Part shown: positions 18,080 to 29,064 of the stretch, in pieces
Position numbering within the stretch: position 1 is the stretch's first letter
Layout: each line of letters opens with the position of its first letter
NCBI GenBank assembly: GCA_035512495.1
Contig: DATKDW010000052.1
Span: forward strand, 5,256 to 69,255
Source of the DNA: Acidimicrobiales bacterium
GTDB lineage: Bacteria > Actinomycetota > Acidimicrobiia > Acidimicrobiales > CADCSY01
Direction of reading: 5' to 3'
Length of the DNA stretch: 64,000 bases
Program-made: the position numbers and the translations under genes
The notes under the pieces: generated by a model
What the model was told of the DNA's origin: nothing
Databases searched by the model: none
What the model saw: the letters and a program-made list of their open reading frames with translations, nothing else

Positions 18080-19396
18080 TCACGGTCTGGTGCGGCGCCG
18101 CCAGGCAGCGCGGGCGGCGCCCACCACGTACAGCGAGCCGGTCACCAGGACGATGTCGTCCTCGGTGGCGAGGGCCGTCGCCCGGTCGAGGGCGTCGGGC
18201 ACCGAACGGACCACGTCGGCCTCGACGCCGAGGGAGCGGGCCGCCGACGCGACCTCCTCGGCAGCCATGGCTCGGGGCATGTCGGCGGCGCAGGCCACGA
18301 CCACCCGTGCCGACGCGGCGCCGAGGGCCTGCAGCATCTCCACCGGATCGCGGCCCTGGTTCATCCCGACCACGAGGATGCGCTCCCCCGCCACCGAGAA
18401 GTCATCGAGGGTCGCCGATGCGGTCAGCGCGCCGGCGGGGTTGTGGGCACCGTCGATCACCACGAGGGGCTGTCGCCCGAGGACCTCGAAGCGGCCCGGC
18501 ACCTCGACGCTGGCCATCCCCTCGCGGACGAGGTCGTCCTCGAGCGGGCGGCCGAAGAACGCCTCGGCGGCGGCCACGGCGAGGGCGGCGTTGTCGCCCT
18601 GGTGGGCACCGTGGAGGGAGAGGAACACGTCGTCGTAGGTGGCACCCGGGGTACGCAGGCTGACGGAGCGTCCACCCACGGCCACCACGTTGTCGGTGCA
18701 GTCGAGCTCGCGGCCCCGCACCCACGTCGTGGCGGCGCCCGCACCCTCGAAGACCGCCGCCAGGGAGGGGTCGGTCTCGCCGAGCACCAGGCTCGCTCCC
18801 GGCTTGACGATGCCCGCCTTCTCCAGGGCGATGCTGTGGCGTGTGGGGCCGAGGTACTCGGTGTGGTCGAGGCTCACGTTGGTGACCACGGCGACCGCGC
18901 CGTCGGCGACGTTGGTGGCGTCCCACCGGCCCCCCATGCCGACCTCCAACACGGCGACGTCGACGGCGCTGTCGGCGAACCACCGGAACGCCGCCAGCGT
19001 CAGCAGCTCGAAGCGGGACGGCCGCAGGCCGCTCAGGGCCTCCAGCTCGACGACGGCCCCGATGGCCTCGGCCAGCGCCTCGTCGTCGATCGGCTCGCCG
19101 TTGCGCGAGAGCCGCTCGTTGACCCGTTCGAGGTCGGGGCTCGTGTAGGTACCGACCGACAGCCCCGATGCGGCGAGCAGGGCGCTCACCATCCGCACCA
19201 CCGAGCCCTTGCCGTTGGTGCCGGTCACGTGGATCACCGGCTGGGCGTGCTGCGGGTCGGCCATCAGGGCGCAGAGCGCGACCATCCGGTCGAGGGTGGG
19301 AGGCGCGCTGCGACCGCCGTCGGGTGACGGGGCCATGGCCTCGAGGTTGATGTGGTCGTCGAGCTCCGCCAGGGCCCGGTCGATGCTCCAGCCCAC
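18080..19396 (-). CDS. folC: bifunctional folylpolyglutamate synthase / dihydrofolate synthase
   Basis: 'VIHVTGTNGKGS' P-loop and a Mur-ligase fold. GTG 19396 chosen ('VGWSIDRALAELDDH'); the longer ORF upstream is Pro/Arg-rich read-in. Confidence 0.9.
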   Translation of the reverse strand: MGWSIDRALAELDDHINLEAMAPSPDGGRSAPPTLDRMVALCALMADPQHAQPVIHVTGTNGKGSVVRMVSALLAASGLSVGTYTSPDLERVNERLSRNGEPIDDEALAEAIGAVVELEALSGLRPSRFELLTLAAFRWFADSAVDVAVLEVGMGGRWDATNVADGAVAVVTNVSLDHTEYLGPTRHSIALEKAGIVKPGASLVLGETDPSLAAVFEGAGAATTWVRGRELDCTDNVVAVGGRSVSLRTPGATYDDVFLSLHGAHQGDNAALAVAAAEAFFGRPLEDDLVREGMASVEVPGRFEVLGRQPLVVIDGAHNPAGALTASATLDDFSVAGERILVVGMNQGRDPVEMLQALGAASARVVVACAADMPRAMAAEEVASAARSLGVEADVVRSVPDALDRATALATEDDIVLVTGSLYVVGAARAAWRRRTRP

Positions 19397-19415
19397 TCGA
19401 CGGCGAAGACGAGCG

Positions 19416-20012
19416 CTAGAGGGAGACGACGACGCGGCCGTCGCTCGCCTCGGCGAGGCGACGGAGGGCGTGCTCGGCAGCGTGCTCGACGTGGGGGCGG
19501 GCCTGCTCGGCCGCCTTGGTCGCCTTGCGCCTGGCGACCTCGACGTGGGGGCGGGCCTGCTCGGCGGCCTTCGCCGCCCCGACCATGGCCACCTCGGCGG
19601 CGTGCTCGACATGGGGGCGGGCCACCTCGGCCGCCTCGTTCGCCCGGTCCCTGGCCACCCCGGCGGCGTGGACCACGTGGGGGCGGGCCTGCTCGGCCGC
19701 CTTGGTGGCCCGATCCCTCGCCACCTCGGCGGCGTGCTCGACGTGCGGGCGCGCGGCCTCGGCGAGGGCACCGGCGCTGGCCAGCGCGGAAGCCAGCGAG
19801 GGGCGCTGGGCAGCAAGGGCGCGGGCCCGCTTGCGGTCGCGGCGGTCGAGGACCCACCCCACCAGACCACCCACGGCGGCGGCCTCGGCGGCGGCCTTCA
19901 GGACCCGCTCGGCGGCCTGGTCACCGGCGTCCTCGCTGCGGGCCGCCTGGACCCCGGCGACAGCCGCACCGACCGCACCTCCGAGCAGCACACCCTTCCA
20001 GACCTTGCGCAT
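19416..20012 (-). CDS. hypothetical glycine-zipper membrane-anchored protein with 5 tandem ~22-aa 'ARPHVEHAAEVARDRATKAAEQ' repeats
   Basis: ATG 20012 is preceded by GAGAGGGA. N-terminal 'KGVLLGGAVGAAVAGV' resembles YtxH, followed by the repeat array. No family recognised. Confidence 0.6.
   Translation of the reverse strand: MRKVWKGVLLGGAVGAAVAGVQAARSEDAGDQAAERVLKAAAEAAAVGGLVGWVLDRRDRKRARALAAQRPSLASALASAGALAEAARPHVEHAAEVARDRATKAAEQARPHVVHAAGVARDRANEAAEVARPHVEHAAEVAMVGAAKAAEQARPHVEVARRKATKAAEQARPHVEHAAEHALRRLAEASDGRVVVSL
19446..19763 (-). repeat. in-frame tandem coding repeat, 5 units (66, 54, 66, 66, 66 nt)
   Basis: The core 'gtgctcgacgtgggggcgggcctgctcggc' recurs on the plus strand at about 19482, 19537, 19600, 19666 and 19732. 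Confidence 0.8.
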
Positions 20013-20114
20013 CGTCCGCGTCCCTCTCGTCGTCATCAACCACGTCGGCTCACGCCAACGTACCGCAGCCGGTCCTACCCCTCCACGGGGGCGGGAACCC
20101 ACCCGGGCCAGCGG

Positions 20115-21395
<1,281 letters not shown>

Positions 21396-21422
21396 GTGTC
21401 CCCCGCCCTCGTCGTCTGGTGC

Positions 21423-22100
21423 TCAGGCCGTGGCGGCCGCGTCGGCAGGTGCCGGCACGCGGAAGCTCACGACCTCGTCGATGATGCCGTAGTCGAGCGC
21501 CTCGGTGGCGGACAGGATGAAATCGCGGTCCGTGTCCCGATGGATCCGGGCGACGTCCTGGCCGGTGTGGTCGGCGAGGAGCTCTTCGAGCATGGTGCGC
21601 ATGCGCTCGATCTCCTTGGCCGCCAGCTCGATGTCGACGGCCTGGCCCATGGCCTGGCCGTACGGCTGGTGGAGCAGCACCCGGGCACGCGGCAGGGCGA
21701 GGCGCTTGCCCTTGGTGCCGGCGGCGAGCAGCACTGCCGCGGCCGATGCGGCCTGGCCGAAGCAGATCGTCGAGATGTCGGGCTTGACGAACTGCATCGT
21801 GTCGTAGATCGCGAACAGCGCGGTGATGTCGCCGCCCGGGCTGTTGATGTAGATGTTGACGTCCTTGTCGGGGTTCTCCGACTCGAGGTGCAGCAGCTGG
21901 GCGACCATCAGGTTGGCGATCGTGTCGTCGATCGGGGTGCCCAGGAAGACGATGTTCTCCTTGAGCAACCGGCTGTAGAGGTCGAACGCTCGCTCCCCCC
22001 GGTTCGTCTGCTCGACCACGGTGGGCACGAGGTAGTTGAACGCCTCGAGCCGCTGGCGACCGCCGGCGAGGACCTCGAGGTTGCGGGTGGGGTCGGTCAT
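21423..22100 (-). CDS. clpP: ATP-dependent Clp protease proteolytic subunit (ClpP2-like)
   Basis: '[22 protein letters not shown]...[10 protein letters not shown]...MLLHQP-type' core with Ser/His/Asp context. The ATG overlaps the tig stop (ATGA). Confidence 0.9.
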   Translation of the reverse strand: MTDPTRNLEVLAGGRQRLEAFNYLVPTVVEQTNRGERAFDLYSRLLKENIVFLGTPIDDTIANLMVAQLLHLESENPDKDVNIYINSPGGDITALFAIYDTMQFVKPDISTICFGQAASAAAVLLAAGTKGKRLALPRARVLLHQPYGQAMGQAVDIELAAKEIERMRTMLEELLADHTGQDVARIHRDTDRDFILSATEALDYGIIDEVVSFRVPAPADAAATA

Positions 22101-23488
22101 CCGGTCTGCTCCTCGGCGGTCTCGCCAGTGGGGTCGTCGTCGTCGCCGCCGGCTGCGGCGTCGGGGGCGTCGGCGGGCGGCTCCAGCGCTGCCCGGTCGA
22201 CCGGTGCGCCCTGCTCGTCGACGACCTCGGCGTGCTCCGCGAGCCACTCCAGCGCCTTCGTCTTCTTGATGTCCGAGCGTACCGCCTGCACCTGTTCGCC
22301 GCGCTCGAGCTGGGACCGCACCTGAGCCGGCTTCATCTCCAGGCGCTCGGCCAGGCGGCCGATCTCCTCCTCGAGCTCGTCGTCGTCGGCCTCGATGCCC
22401 TCGGCGTCGATCACGGCGCGCAGGGCGAGGTCGGCCTTGGCCGATCCGATGGCCTGCGAGCGCAGCTCGGCGGTGAGCTCCTCAGCGCCCTGGCCGCTGG
22501 CCTCGAGGTACTGCGCCACGGTGGCGCCCTGGGCCTGGAGCCGGGCGACGAGGTCCTGGGCGCGCCGCTCGACCTCGCTCTCGACGAGCGCCTCTGGGGG
22601 GTCCTCGTCGACGAGCTGGACGAGGGCGTCGATCACGCCCTGGCGCAGCGCCATCTGGGCCTGCACCCGCTTCATGCCGCTCAGGCGGGTGCGGATGTCG
22701 GTCCGGAGCTCCTCGAGCGTCTCGAGCTCGGAGGCCTCTGCAGCCCAGGCGTCGTCAAGGTCCGGGAGCACGCGCTCCTGCACGTCCTTGACCAGCACGC
22801 GGAACGTCAGCGTCGAGTCCTCGTCCGGGTCGGGGTGCTCGGCGTCGAAGGTGAGGATGTCGCCGACCTTGGCTCCCCGGAGGTGCTCGTCGAGCTCGAC
22901 GACGACGGCCTCCGAGCCGAGCTCGTAGAGGTAGTCGTCGGCGGTGAGGCCCTCAACGGCCTCGCCGTCGATCGAGCCGCCGATGTCGATCTTGGCGTGG
23001 TCGCCGTCGACGGCCGGGCGGTCGACGCTGCTCAGCTCGCCCGACTGGGCCCGCATGCGCTCGAGGTGGCCCTCGACCTCCTCGTCGGTGGCCACGGGGC
23101 TCGGCACCTCGACCCGCAGGCTGGCGTAGCCGGGGACGTCGATGCGGGGGCGGACCTCGACGACCGCGTCGAAGGCGACGGCGCCGGACTCCTCGCCGGC
23201 GGTGATGTCGATCTCGGGTGGGGCGATCACGTCGGTGTCGGTCTCGGAGACGGCCTGGGCGTAGTACGTGGGCAGCGCCTCGCGGAGCGCCTCCTGGCGG
23301 GCCGCCTCCGGGCCGATGCGGGCCTCCAGGATGCGGCGGGGGGCCTTCCCCGGACGGAAGCCGGGGATGTTCACCTCCCGGGCGATCCGCTTGAACGCGG
23401 CGTCGAGGGCCTTGTCGAACTCGGCCTCGTCCACCTCGACGCTGAGCTTGACCTTGTTGTCTTCGAGGTTCTCGACGCTGGTCTTCAC
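22097..23488 (-). CDS. tig: trigger factor
   Basis: '[55 protein letters not shown]' is the canonical sequence. The GTG start gives the usual MKT-type N-terminus. Confidence 0.9.
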   Translation of the reverse strand: MKTSVENLEDNKVKLSVEVDEAEFDKALDAAFKRIAREVNIPGFRPGKAPRRILEARIGPEAARQEALREALPTYYAQAVSETDTDVIAPPEIDITAGEESGAVAFDAVVEVRPRIDVPGYASLRVEVPSPVATDEEVEGHLERMRAQSGELSSVDRPAVDGDHAKIDIGGSIDGEAVEGLTADDYLYELGSEAVVVELDEHLRGAKVGDILTFDAEHPDPDEDSTLTFRVLVKDVQERVLPDLDDAWAAEASELETLEELRTDIRTRLSGMKRVQAQMALRQGVIDALVQLVDEDPPEALVESEVERRAQDLVARLQAQGATVAQYLEASGQGAEELTAELRSQAIGSAKADLALRAVIDAEGIEADDDELEEEIGRLAERLEMKPAQVRSQLERGEQVQAVRSDIKKTKALEWLAEHAEVVDEQGAPVDRAALEPPADAPDAAAGGDDDDPTGETAEEQTG

Positions 23489-23605
23489 AAGCGGGGAAGT
23501 GTACCGGCCCCTTTGCCGCTCCTCGTCCGGGCAGTCACCCGAGGGCTGCGCGGGTGATGCCCGCGGCACCGTCCGGCCGAGGATGCGCGCCTAGCCTGGG
23601 CGCCC

Positions 23606-23678
23606 CGGGTAGTAGCGCAGTTGGTAGCGCACCACGTTTGGGACGTGGAGGTCGTGGGTTCAAGTCCCACCTACCCGA
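23606..23678 (+). tRNA. tRNA-Pro (anticodon UGG)
   Basis: Cloverleaf read by eye. Acceptor cgggtag/ctacccg, anticodon arm ccacg-tttggga-cgtgg, T arm gtggg-ttcaagt-cccac. No encoded CCA. Confidence 0.85.
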
Positions 23679-23720
23679 CCCAGGGGTCCGCGACTTGGGC
23701 GCGGTAGCGTGGTATCAGTT

Positions 23721-23794
<74 letters not shown>

Positions 23795-23808
23795 GACGAT
23801 GACCCGAG

Positions 23809-24288
23809 GTGATCGCGCTGCAACGTCGCATGCCCCCCGCACTCGCCGCTGCGATCCTCGTGGTGCTCCTCGCCGGGATCACCCTGGCCGTCCTCCAGCC
23901 GGGCGACCTCGGTGACGACGGCGCCGCGCCGGCGACGACCACGACCACCACCACGACCACCACCACGACGACCACCACGACCACCACCCCGGACAGCACC
24001 ACCACCCCCGACAGCACCACCACCCCCGACGGCACCGACGGCACCGACGGCACCACCACCCCCGACGGCACCGACGGCACCGCAGCGCCGACGACGCCGG
24101 GCGACGACTCGGCCCGGAGCCCCTCCGGGGGCGGTTCCGGGCTCGGCACCGGGGGCGCGGGCACGGTCCGGCCCGACGGCGACCTCGCCGACACCGGTGG
24201 CGTGACCTCCCCGCTCCTCCCCGCCGCCCTGGCGCTGGGCGCCCTGGGCCTCCACCGCCTCGCCCGGCGACGCCCGGCGGCGGGCTGA
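23809..24288 (+). CDS. small Thr-rich surface protein with LAxTG-type C-terminal sorting signal
   Basis: N-terminal signal/TM 'PPALAAAILVVLLAGITLAVL', a run of 18 Thr plus 'PDSTTT/PDGTDGT' repeats, and C-terminal 'LADTG' + hydrophobic segment + 'RLARRR'. Confidence 0.6.
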   Translation: MIALQRRMPPALAAAILVVLLAGITLAVLQPGDLGDDGAAPATTTTTTTTTTTTTTTTTTPDSTTTPDSTTTPDGTDGTDGTTTPDGTDGTAAPTTPGDDSARSPSGGGSGLGTGGAGTVRPDGDLADTGGVTSPLLPAALALGALGLHRLARRRPAAG

Positions 24289-24417
24289 GCACAGAGCACC
24301 TCGCGCACCTCTCCACGTCATCGGCAGACGATCTGCCCGTAGGGCCACCGAGACGCTGGACGATCCGGCATCGGTCACCCATGATGGGGGTACACGAACA
24401 CAGGCACGAGGTGCCCC

Positions 24418-25302
24418 ATGGCCGCTGGATCGCTGTACTCCCCCGTCCGCCGCTCCCTGGGCGGCGCCGTCGAGGTCGACCTGGGTGACGACCACCCGGG
24501 TGTCTCCGACCCCGCCTACCGGGCTCGGCGCAGCGAGCTGGCCTCGCTCTCGATCGACTGGCAGCCGGGCGATCCCGTGCCCCAGGCCGAGTACACCGAC
24601 GTCGAGCACGAGGTCTGGCGCCTGGTCAGCCGCGACCTCGGACCGCTCCACCAGCGCCACGCCTGCCGGGCGTTCCTCGACGCCAAGGAGGAGCTGGGCC
24701 TCCCCGAGGACCACGTCCCCCAGCTCGACGAGGTGACCGAGCGCCTGGGCCCGGTCTGCGGCTTCCGCTACCTGCCCGTTGCCGGACTCGCCCCGCTCCG
24801 GGGGTTCTACGGGGCCTTCGCCGACTCGTCGTTCTTCTCGACCCAGTACGTCCGCCACCACTCCGTGCCGCTCTACACGCCCGAGCCCGACATCATCCAC
24901 GAGGTCATCGGCCACGCAAACCAGCTGGCGCACCGACCCTTTGCCGAGCTCTACCGCCTGGTCGGCGACGCCGTCCGACGGGTCACCACCGACGAGGCGC
25001 TCCGGTTCCTGTCGCGGGTCTTCTGGTTCAGCTTCGAGTTCGGGGTCGTGTGGGAGGACGGCGAGCCCAGGGCCTACGGGGCCGGGATCCTGTCGTCGTC
25101 GGGCGAGTGCGCGAACTTCGCGGAGGCCGACCTGCGCCCGCTCGACGTGGCGGCCATGGGGACCCTCCCCTACGACATCACCCGGTACCAGCCGGTGCTC
25201 TTCGCCGCCCGCTCCACCGACGAGGTCGTCGACGCGATCGGCGCCGTCATGGCCGACTACGACGACGACACCTGCCGACGGCTCCTCCAGGAGGCCTCCT
25301 GA
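24418..25302 (+). CDS. phhA: phenylalanine 4-monooxygenase (aromatic amino acid hydroxylase)
   Basis: 'HPGVSDPAYRARR...YTDVEHEVW...FSTQYVRHHSVPLYTPEPDIIHEVIGH' contains the iron-binding His pair and Glu context. Confidence 0.9.
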   Translation: MAAGSLYSPVRRSLGGAVEVDLGDDHPGVSDPAYRARRSELASLSIDWQPGDPVPQAEYTDVEHEVWRLVSRDLGPLHQRHACRAFLDAKEELGLPEDHVPQLDEVTERLGPVCGFRYLPVAGLAPLRGFYGAFADSSFFSTQYVRHHSVPLYTPEPDIIHEVIGHANQLAHRPFAELYRLVGDAVRRVTTDEALRFLSRVFWFSFEFGVVWEDGEPRAYGAGILSSSGECANFAEADLRPLDVAAMGTLPYDITRYQPVLFAARSTDEVVDAIGAVMADYDDDTCRRLLQEAS

Positions 25303-26426
25303 TGACCACCATCGACACCACCGCTGGCAAGGTCGCCCCCCGGGAGCTCCTGCGGGGATGGGACTCGCTCGAGCTCTGGGTGGGCAACGCCCGGGCCTTC
25401 TCGGGTTGGCTCTGCGCCGCCTTCGGGTTTCGGGTGATCGCCTACGCCGGGCCCGAGACCGGACGCGACGACACCGCGTCGTACGTGCTCGCACAGGGAC
25501 GGGTCCGCCTCGTCGTCACCGCCGGCCTCGACGAAGACTCCCCCGTGGTCGACCACGTGCGGCGCCACGGCGACGGCGTGCGCGACGTCGCCTTCCAGGT
25601 CAGCGACGTCGACGCCACCTTCGCCTCGGCGATCGCCCGCGGGGCGACTCCGGTGCGGCCGCCGTCGAGCGTCGAGGATGGCGACGGGGTCGTGCGCCTC
25701 GCCACCATCGGCACCTACGGCGAGACGCAGCACACCTTCGTCGACACCTCGGCCTACCGGGGGATCCACCGGCCGGGGTACACCACCGAGGGCCTGCCCC
25801 CCGAGCCCGCCGGCGACCCGGTCGGGATCGAGGGCATCGACCACGTCGTCGGCAACATCGAGAAGGGCCGCCTCGACCACTGGGTCGAGTTCTACCGGTC
25901 GGTGCTGGGCTTCGAGGAGTTCCGGAGCTTCAGCGCTGACCAGATCTCCACCGAGTTCTCGGCCCTCATGTCGACGGTGGTCTGGGACGGGACCGAGATC
26001 AAGCTCCCGCTCAACGAGCCGGCGGACGGCAAGCGCAAGAGCCAGATCGCCGAGTACCTCGAGGCGTACCACGGGCCGGGCGTGCAGCACATCGCGATGG
26101 CCACCGACGACATCGTGGCCGCGGTCGCCTCCCTGCGGCGCCGGGGACTGCGCTTCCTCGAGGCACCGGCCAGCTACTACGACGACGCCCGTGCCCGCCT
26201 CGGCCACCTCGACCTGCCGTGGGACGACATCGAGCGGCTCGGGATCCTCGTCGACGAGGAACCCGACGGCTGGCTCCTGCAGATCTTCACCGAGATGGTC
26301 ACCGACCGGCCCACCGTCTTCATCGAGGTCATCCAGCGGGGTGGTGCAAGCGGGTTCGGGGAGGGGAACTTCAAGGCCCTCTTCGAGGCGATCGAGCGGG
26401 AGCAGGCCCGCCGGGGCCACCTGTGA
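25302..26426 (+). CDS. hppD: 4-hydroxyphenylpyruvate dioxygenase
   Basis: 'IDHVVGNIEKGRLDHWVEFY...LNEPADGKRKSQIAEYLEAYHGPGVQHIAMATDDI...IQRGGASGFGEGNFKALFEAIEREQ'. The ATG overlaps the phhA stop. Confidence 0.9.
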   Translation: MTTIDTTAGKVAPRELLRGWDSLELWVGNARAFSGWLCAAFGFRVIAYAGPETGRDDTASYVLAQGRVRLVVTAGLDEDSPVVDHVRRHGDGVRDVAFQVSDVDATFASAIARGATPVRPPSSVEDGDGVVRLATIGTYGETQHTFVDTSAYRGIHRPGYTTEGLPPEPAGDPVGIEGIDHVVGNIEKGRLDHWVEFYRSVLGFEEFRSFSADQISTEFSALMSTVVWDGTEIKLPLNEPADGKRKSQIAEYLEAYHGPGVQHIAMATDDIVAAVASLRRRGLRFLEAPASYYDDARARLGHLDLPWDDIERLGILVDEEPDGWLLQIFTEMVTDRPTVFIEVIQRGGASGFGEGNFKALFEAIEREQARRGHL

Positions 26427-26430
26427 CACC

Positions 26431-27672
26431 GTGAGCCGCTGGGCCGACGCCGCCACCGGCACCGGGTTCCCGATCGAGCACCTCCCGCTCGGCGTCGCCC
26501 GCCTCCCGGGTGGCGAGGTCCGCTGCGTGAGCGCCCTCGGCGACCGGGTGGTCGACCTCGCCTCGGTGCCGCTGCCGGTGGAGCCCGCGACGTTCGCTGC
26601 AGCCTCCCTCAACGGGTTCCTCGCCCTCGGCCCGATGGCATGGCGCGCGGTGCGGGGCGCGCTCCGCGACCTGCTGGCCGGACCGGACGACACCGCGATC
26701 GACGTAGCGCTGCACCCGCGGGCGGACGTCGAGATGCTCCTCCCCGTGGAGGTGGGCGACTACGTCGACTTCTACGCGTCGCTCCACCACGCCACCAACC
26801 TCGGCCGCCTCTTCCGCCCCGGGGGCGATCCCCTCCTGCCCAACTGGCGCCACCTACCGGTCGGCTACCACGGGCGCGCCGCCACGGTGGTCCCGTCGGG
26901 CACACCGGTCGTGCGCCCCCGCGGCCAGGTCGTCACCGGTGAGGGTCCACCCGAGCTGGTGGCCACCCGGGCACTCGACCTCGAGCTCGAGGTCGGCTTC
27001 GTGGTCGGGGCCGGCAACGAGCCCGGTCGCCCGATCCCCACCGGAGCGGTGGCCGAGCACGTGGCCGGGATCGTGCTGGTCAACGACTGGAGCGCCCGCG
27101 ACATCCAGGCCTTCGAGTACCAGCCCCTCGGTCCCTTCCTGGGCAAGTCGTTCGCCACCTCGGTGTCACCGTGGCTGGTCTCGCTCGAGGCGCTCGAGCC
27201 CTTCCGGGTGCCCGCACCGGTGCAGGAGCCCGAGCCGCTCGCGTACCTGGCGACCAGCGGCGACTGGGCCTACGACCTCACCCTCGAGGTGCTCCTCCAG
27301 ACCGCCACCATGGCCGATGCCGGCGAGGAGCCGGTGGTGGTGAGCCGCACCGGCTTCGCCGACCTGTACTGGACCATCCCCCAGCTGCTGACCCACGCCA
27401 CCGTCAACGGCGCCCGCACCCGCACGGGCGACCTCTACGCCTCGGGCACGGTGTCGGGTCCGGCCCCCGGCACCGAGGGGAGCCTCATCGAGCTGTCCCA
27501 TCGAGGAGAGCGGCCGATCGAGCTGCCCGACGGCTCCACTCGTGGCTTCCTCGAGGACGGCGACACGGTGGTGCTGCGAGGCTGGGCGGGAGGCGACGAC
27601 CGGCCCCGGATCGACCTGGGCGAGGTGCGAGGCACGGTTGTGCCCGCCCGCCCCCATCCCACGGAGGTCTGA
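26431..27672 (+). CDS. fahA: fumarylacetoacetase
   Basis: 'FPIEHLPLGV...VGDYVDFYASLHHATNLGRLFR...LPVGYHGRA...VNDWSARDIQAFEYQPLGPFLGKSF'. GTG start at 26431. Confidence 0.9.
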   Translation: MSRWADAATGTGFPIEHLPLGVARLPGGEVRCVSALGDRVVDLASVPLPVEPATFAAASLNGFLALGPMAWRAVRGALRDLLAGPDDTAIDVALHPRADVEMLLPVEVGDYVDFYASLHHATNLGRLFRPGGDPLLPNWRHLPVGYHGRAATVVPSGTPVVRPRGQVVTGEGPPELVATRALDLELEVGFVVGAGNEPGRPIPTGAVAEHVAGIVLVNDWSARDIQAFEYQPLGPFLGKSFATSVSPWLVSLEALEPFRVPAPVQEPEPLAYLATSGDWAYDLTLEVLLQTATMADAGEEPVVVSRTGFADLYWTIPQLLTHATVNGARTRTGDLYASGTVSGPAPGTEGSLIELSHRGERPIELPDGSTRGFLEDGDTVVLRGWAGGDDRPRIDLGEVRGTVVPARPHPTEV

Positions 27673-27673
27673 C

Positions 27674-28837
27674 GTGCCCCACTACCGCCGTACCGGCGAG
27701 GTCCCGGCGAAGCGCCACGTCCGCTCCCCCGGGCCCGACGGAGGCCTCCTGTTCGAGGAGGTGATGGGCGAGGAGGGCTTCTCCGGGGAGTCATCGATCC
27801 TGTACCACCTGCGCTCGCCGTCGGCCGTCCTCGCCGCCGAGGAGGTCACCCCACCCGACGACGGCCTGACCCCCAACCAACCCCTGCTCCCCCGCCACCT
27901 GCGCACGTCCGAGCTGCGAGCCGGTGGTGATGCCGTGACCGGGCGGCACCTGCTCGCGGGCAACGAGCAGGTCCGGCTGGCATGGGTTGCGGCCGACGCC
28001 ACCAGCCCCCTCTACCGCAACGCCGCCGGCGACGAGCTGCTCTTCGTGCAGGCCGGGTCGGGCAGCCTCGAGTCGGTCTTCGGCACGCTGGCCGTGGGCC
28101 CGGGCGACTACGTCGTGGTGCCCACCGGGACCACCCACCGCTGGGTCGTCCCAGACGGCGGCCACCTCGACCTCCTGGTGGCCGAGGCGGCCGGACACGT
28201 GCGCCCGCCCGCCCGGTACCTGTCGACCCGCGGGCAGCTCCTCGAGACCGCCCCGTACTGCGAGCGCGACCTCCGCAGCCCGGACGGGCCGCTCGTGGCG
28301 CCGCCCGACGGCGAGGTCGACGTGCTCGTGCGCCACCGGGGTGGACGAACCCGCTACACCCTCCCCTCGTCACCGTTCGACGTGGTGGGCTGGGACGGTT
28401 GCCTCTACCCGTGGGCGCTGTCGATCCACGACTTCGAGCCGATCGTCGGCCGGATCCACCAACCGCCCCACGTCCACCAGACCTTCGAGGGGCCCGGGTT
28501 CGTCGTGTGCTCGTTCGTCCCCCGCCCGTACGACTTCCACCCGGACGCGGTCAAGGTGCCCTACCACCACTCGAACGTCGACAGCGACGAGGTGATCTTC
28601 TACTCCGACGGCGACTTCATGAGCCGGGCCGGGGCGGGGATCGGCGTGGGCTCGATCTCGCTCCACCCCGGCGGGTTCGTCCACGGCCCGCAGCCGGGCA
28701 GCGTGGAGCGGGCCGCGGACCAGACCCACACCGAGGAGGTGGCGGTGATGATCGACACGTTCCGGCCGCTGCACCTCGGCGCGGCCGGTCGCAGCGTCGA
28801 GGACCCCGACTACCCCTGGACGTGGGCGAGGGGCTGA
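27674..28837 (+). CDS. hmgA: homogentisate 1,2-dioxygenase
   Basis: 'YRRTGEVPAKRH...FEEVMGEEGFSGESSILYH...YHHSNVDSDEVIFY...SLHPGGFVHGPQPG'. GTG start at 27674. Confidence 0.88.
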   Translation: MPHYRRTGEVPAKRHVRSPGPDGGLLFEEVMGEEGFSGESSILYHLRSPSAVLAAEEVTPPDDGLTPNQPLLPRHLRTSELRAGGDAVTGRHLLAGNEQVRLAWVAADATSPLYRNAAGDELLFVQAGSGSLESVFGTLAVGPGDYVVVPTGTTHRWVVPDGGHLDLLVAEAAGHVRPPARYLSTRGQLLETAPYCERDLRSPDGPLVAPPDGEVDVLVRHRGGRTRYTLPSSPFDVVGWDGCLYPWALSIHDFEPIVGRIHQPPHVHQTFEGPGFVVCSFVPRPYDFHPDAVKVPYHHSNVDSDEVIFYSDGDFMSRAGAGIGVGSISLHPGGFVHGPQPGSVERAADQTHTEEVAVMIDTFRPLHLGAAGRSVEDPDYPWTWARG

Positions 28838-28838
28838 G

Positions 28839-28912
28839 CGCCCCCGGGAGGACTCGAACCTCCGACCCGCTGCTTAGAAGGCAGCCGCTCTATCCATCTG
28901 AGCTACGGGAGC
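28839..28912 (-). tRNA. tRNA-Arg (anticodon UCU)
   Basis: Reverse complement reads gctcccgtagctcagatggatagagc-gctgc-cttctaa-gcagc-...ggagg-ttcgagt-cctcc-cgggggc-g. Confidence 0.9.
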
Positions 28913-29064
28913 ACGCCGACCGCGGGAATCGCCCAGGAGGCGCCCGGTGGCCAGGTCAGAGGATGCCACAGCCCCTCTCCGCGCTCGCGTGCGGCCGCCT
29001 GATCCACACGCTCGGTACCGATGGCAGCACCCTCGCCGCCCTGTGCCATCCTTGACGGGTCCTG

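Noticed and set aside
23935-24100. Short-period repeats that might suggest a CRISPR-like array (also 62640-62835 and 19446-19763)
   Set aside because: The periods are 3-66 nt with no unique spacers, and all lie in frame within coding sequence. They are coding tandem repeats (poly-Thr, Ala-Pro and a 22-aa unit).
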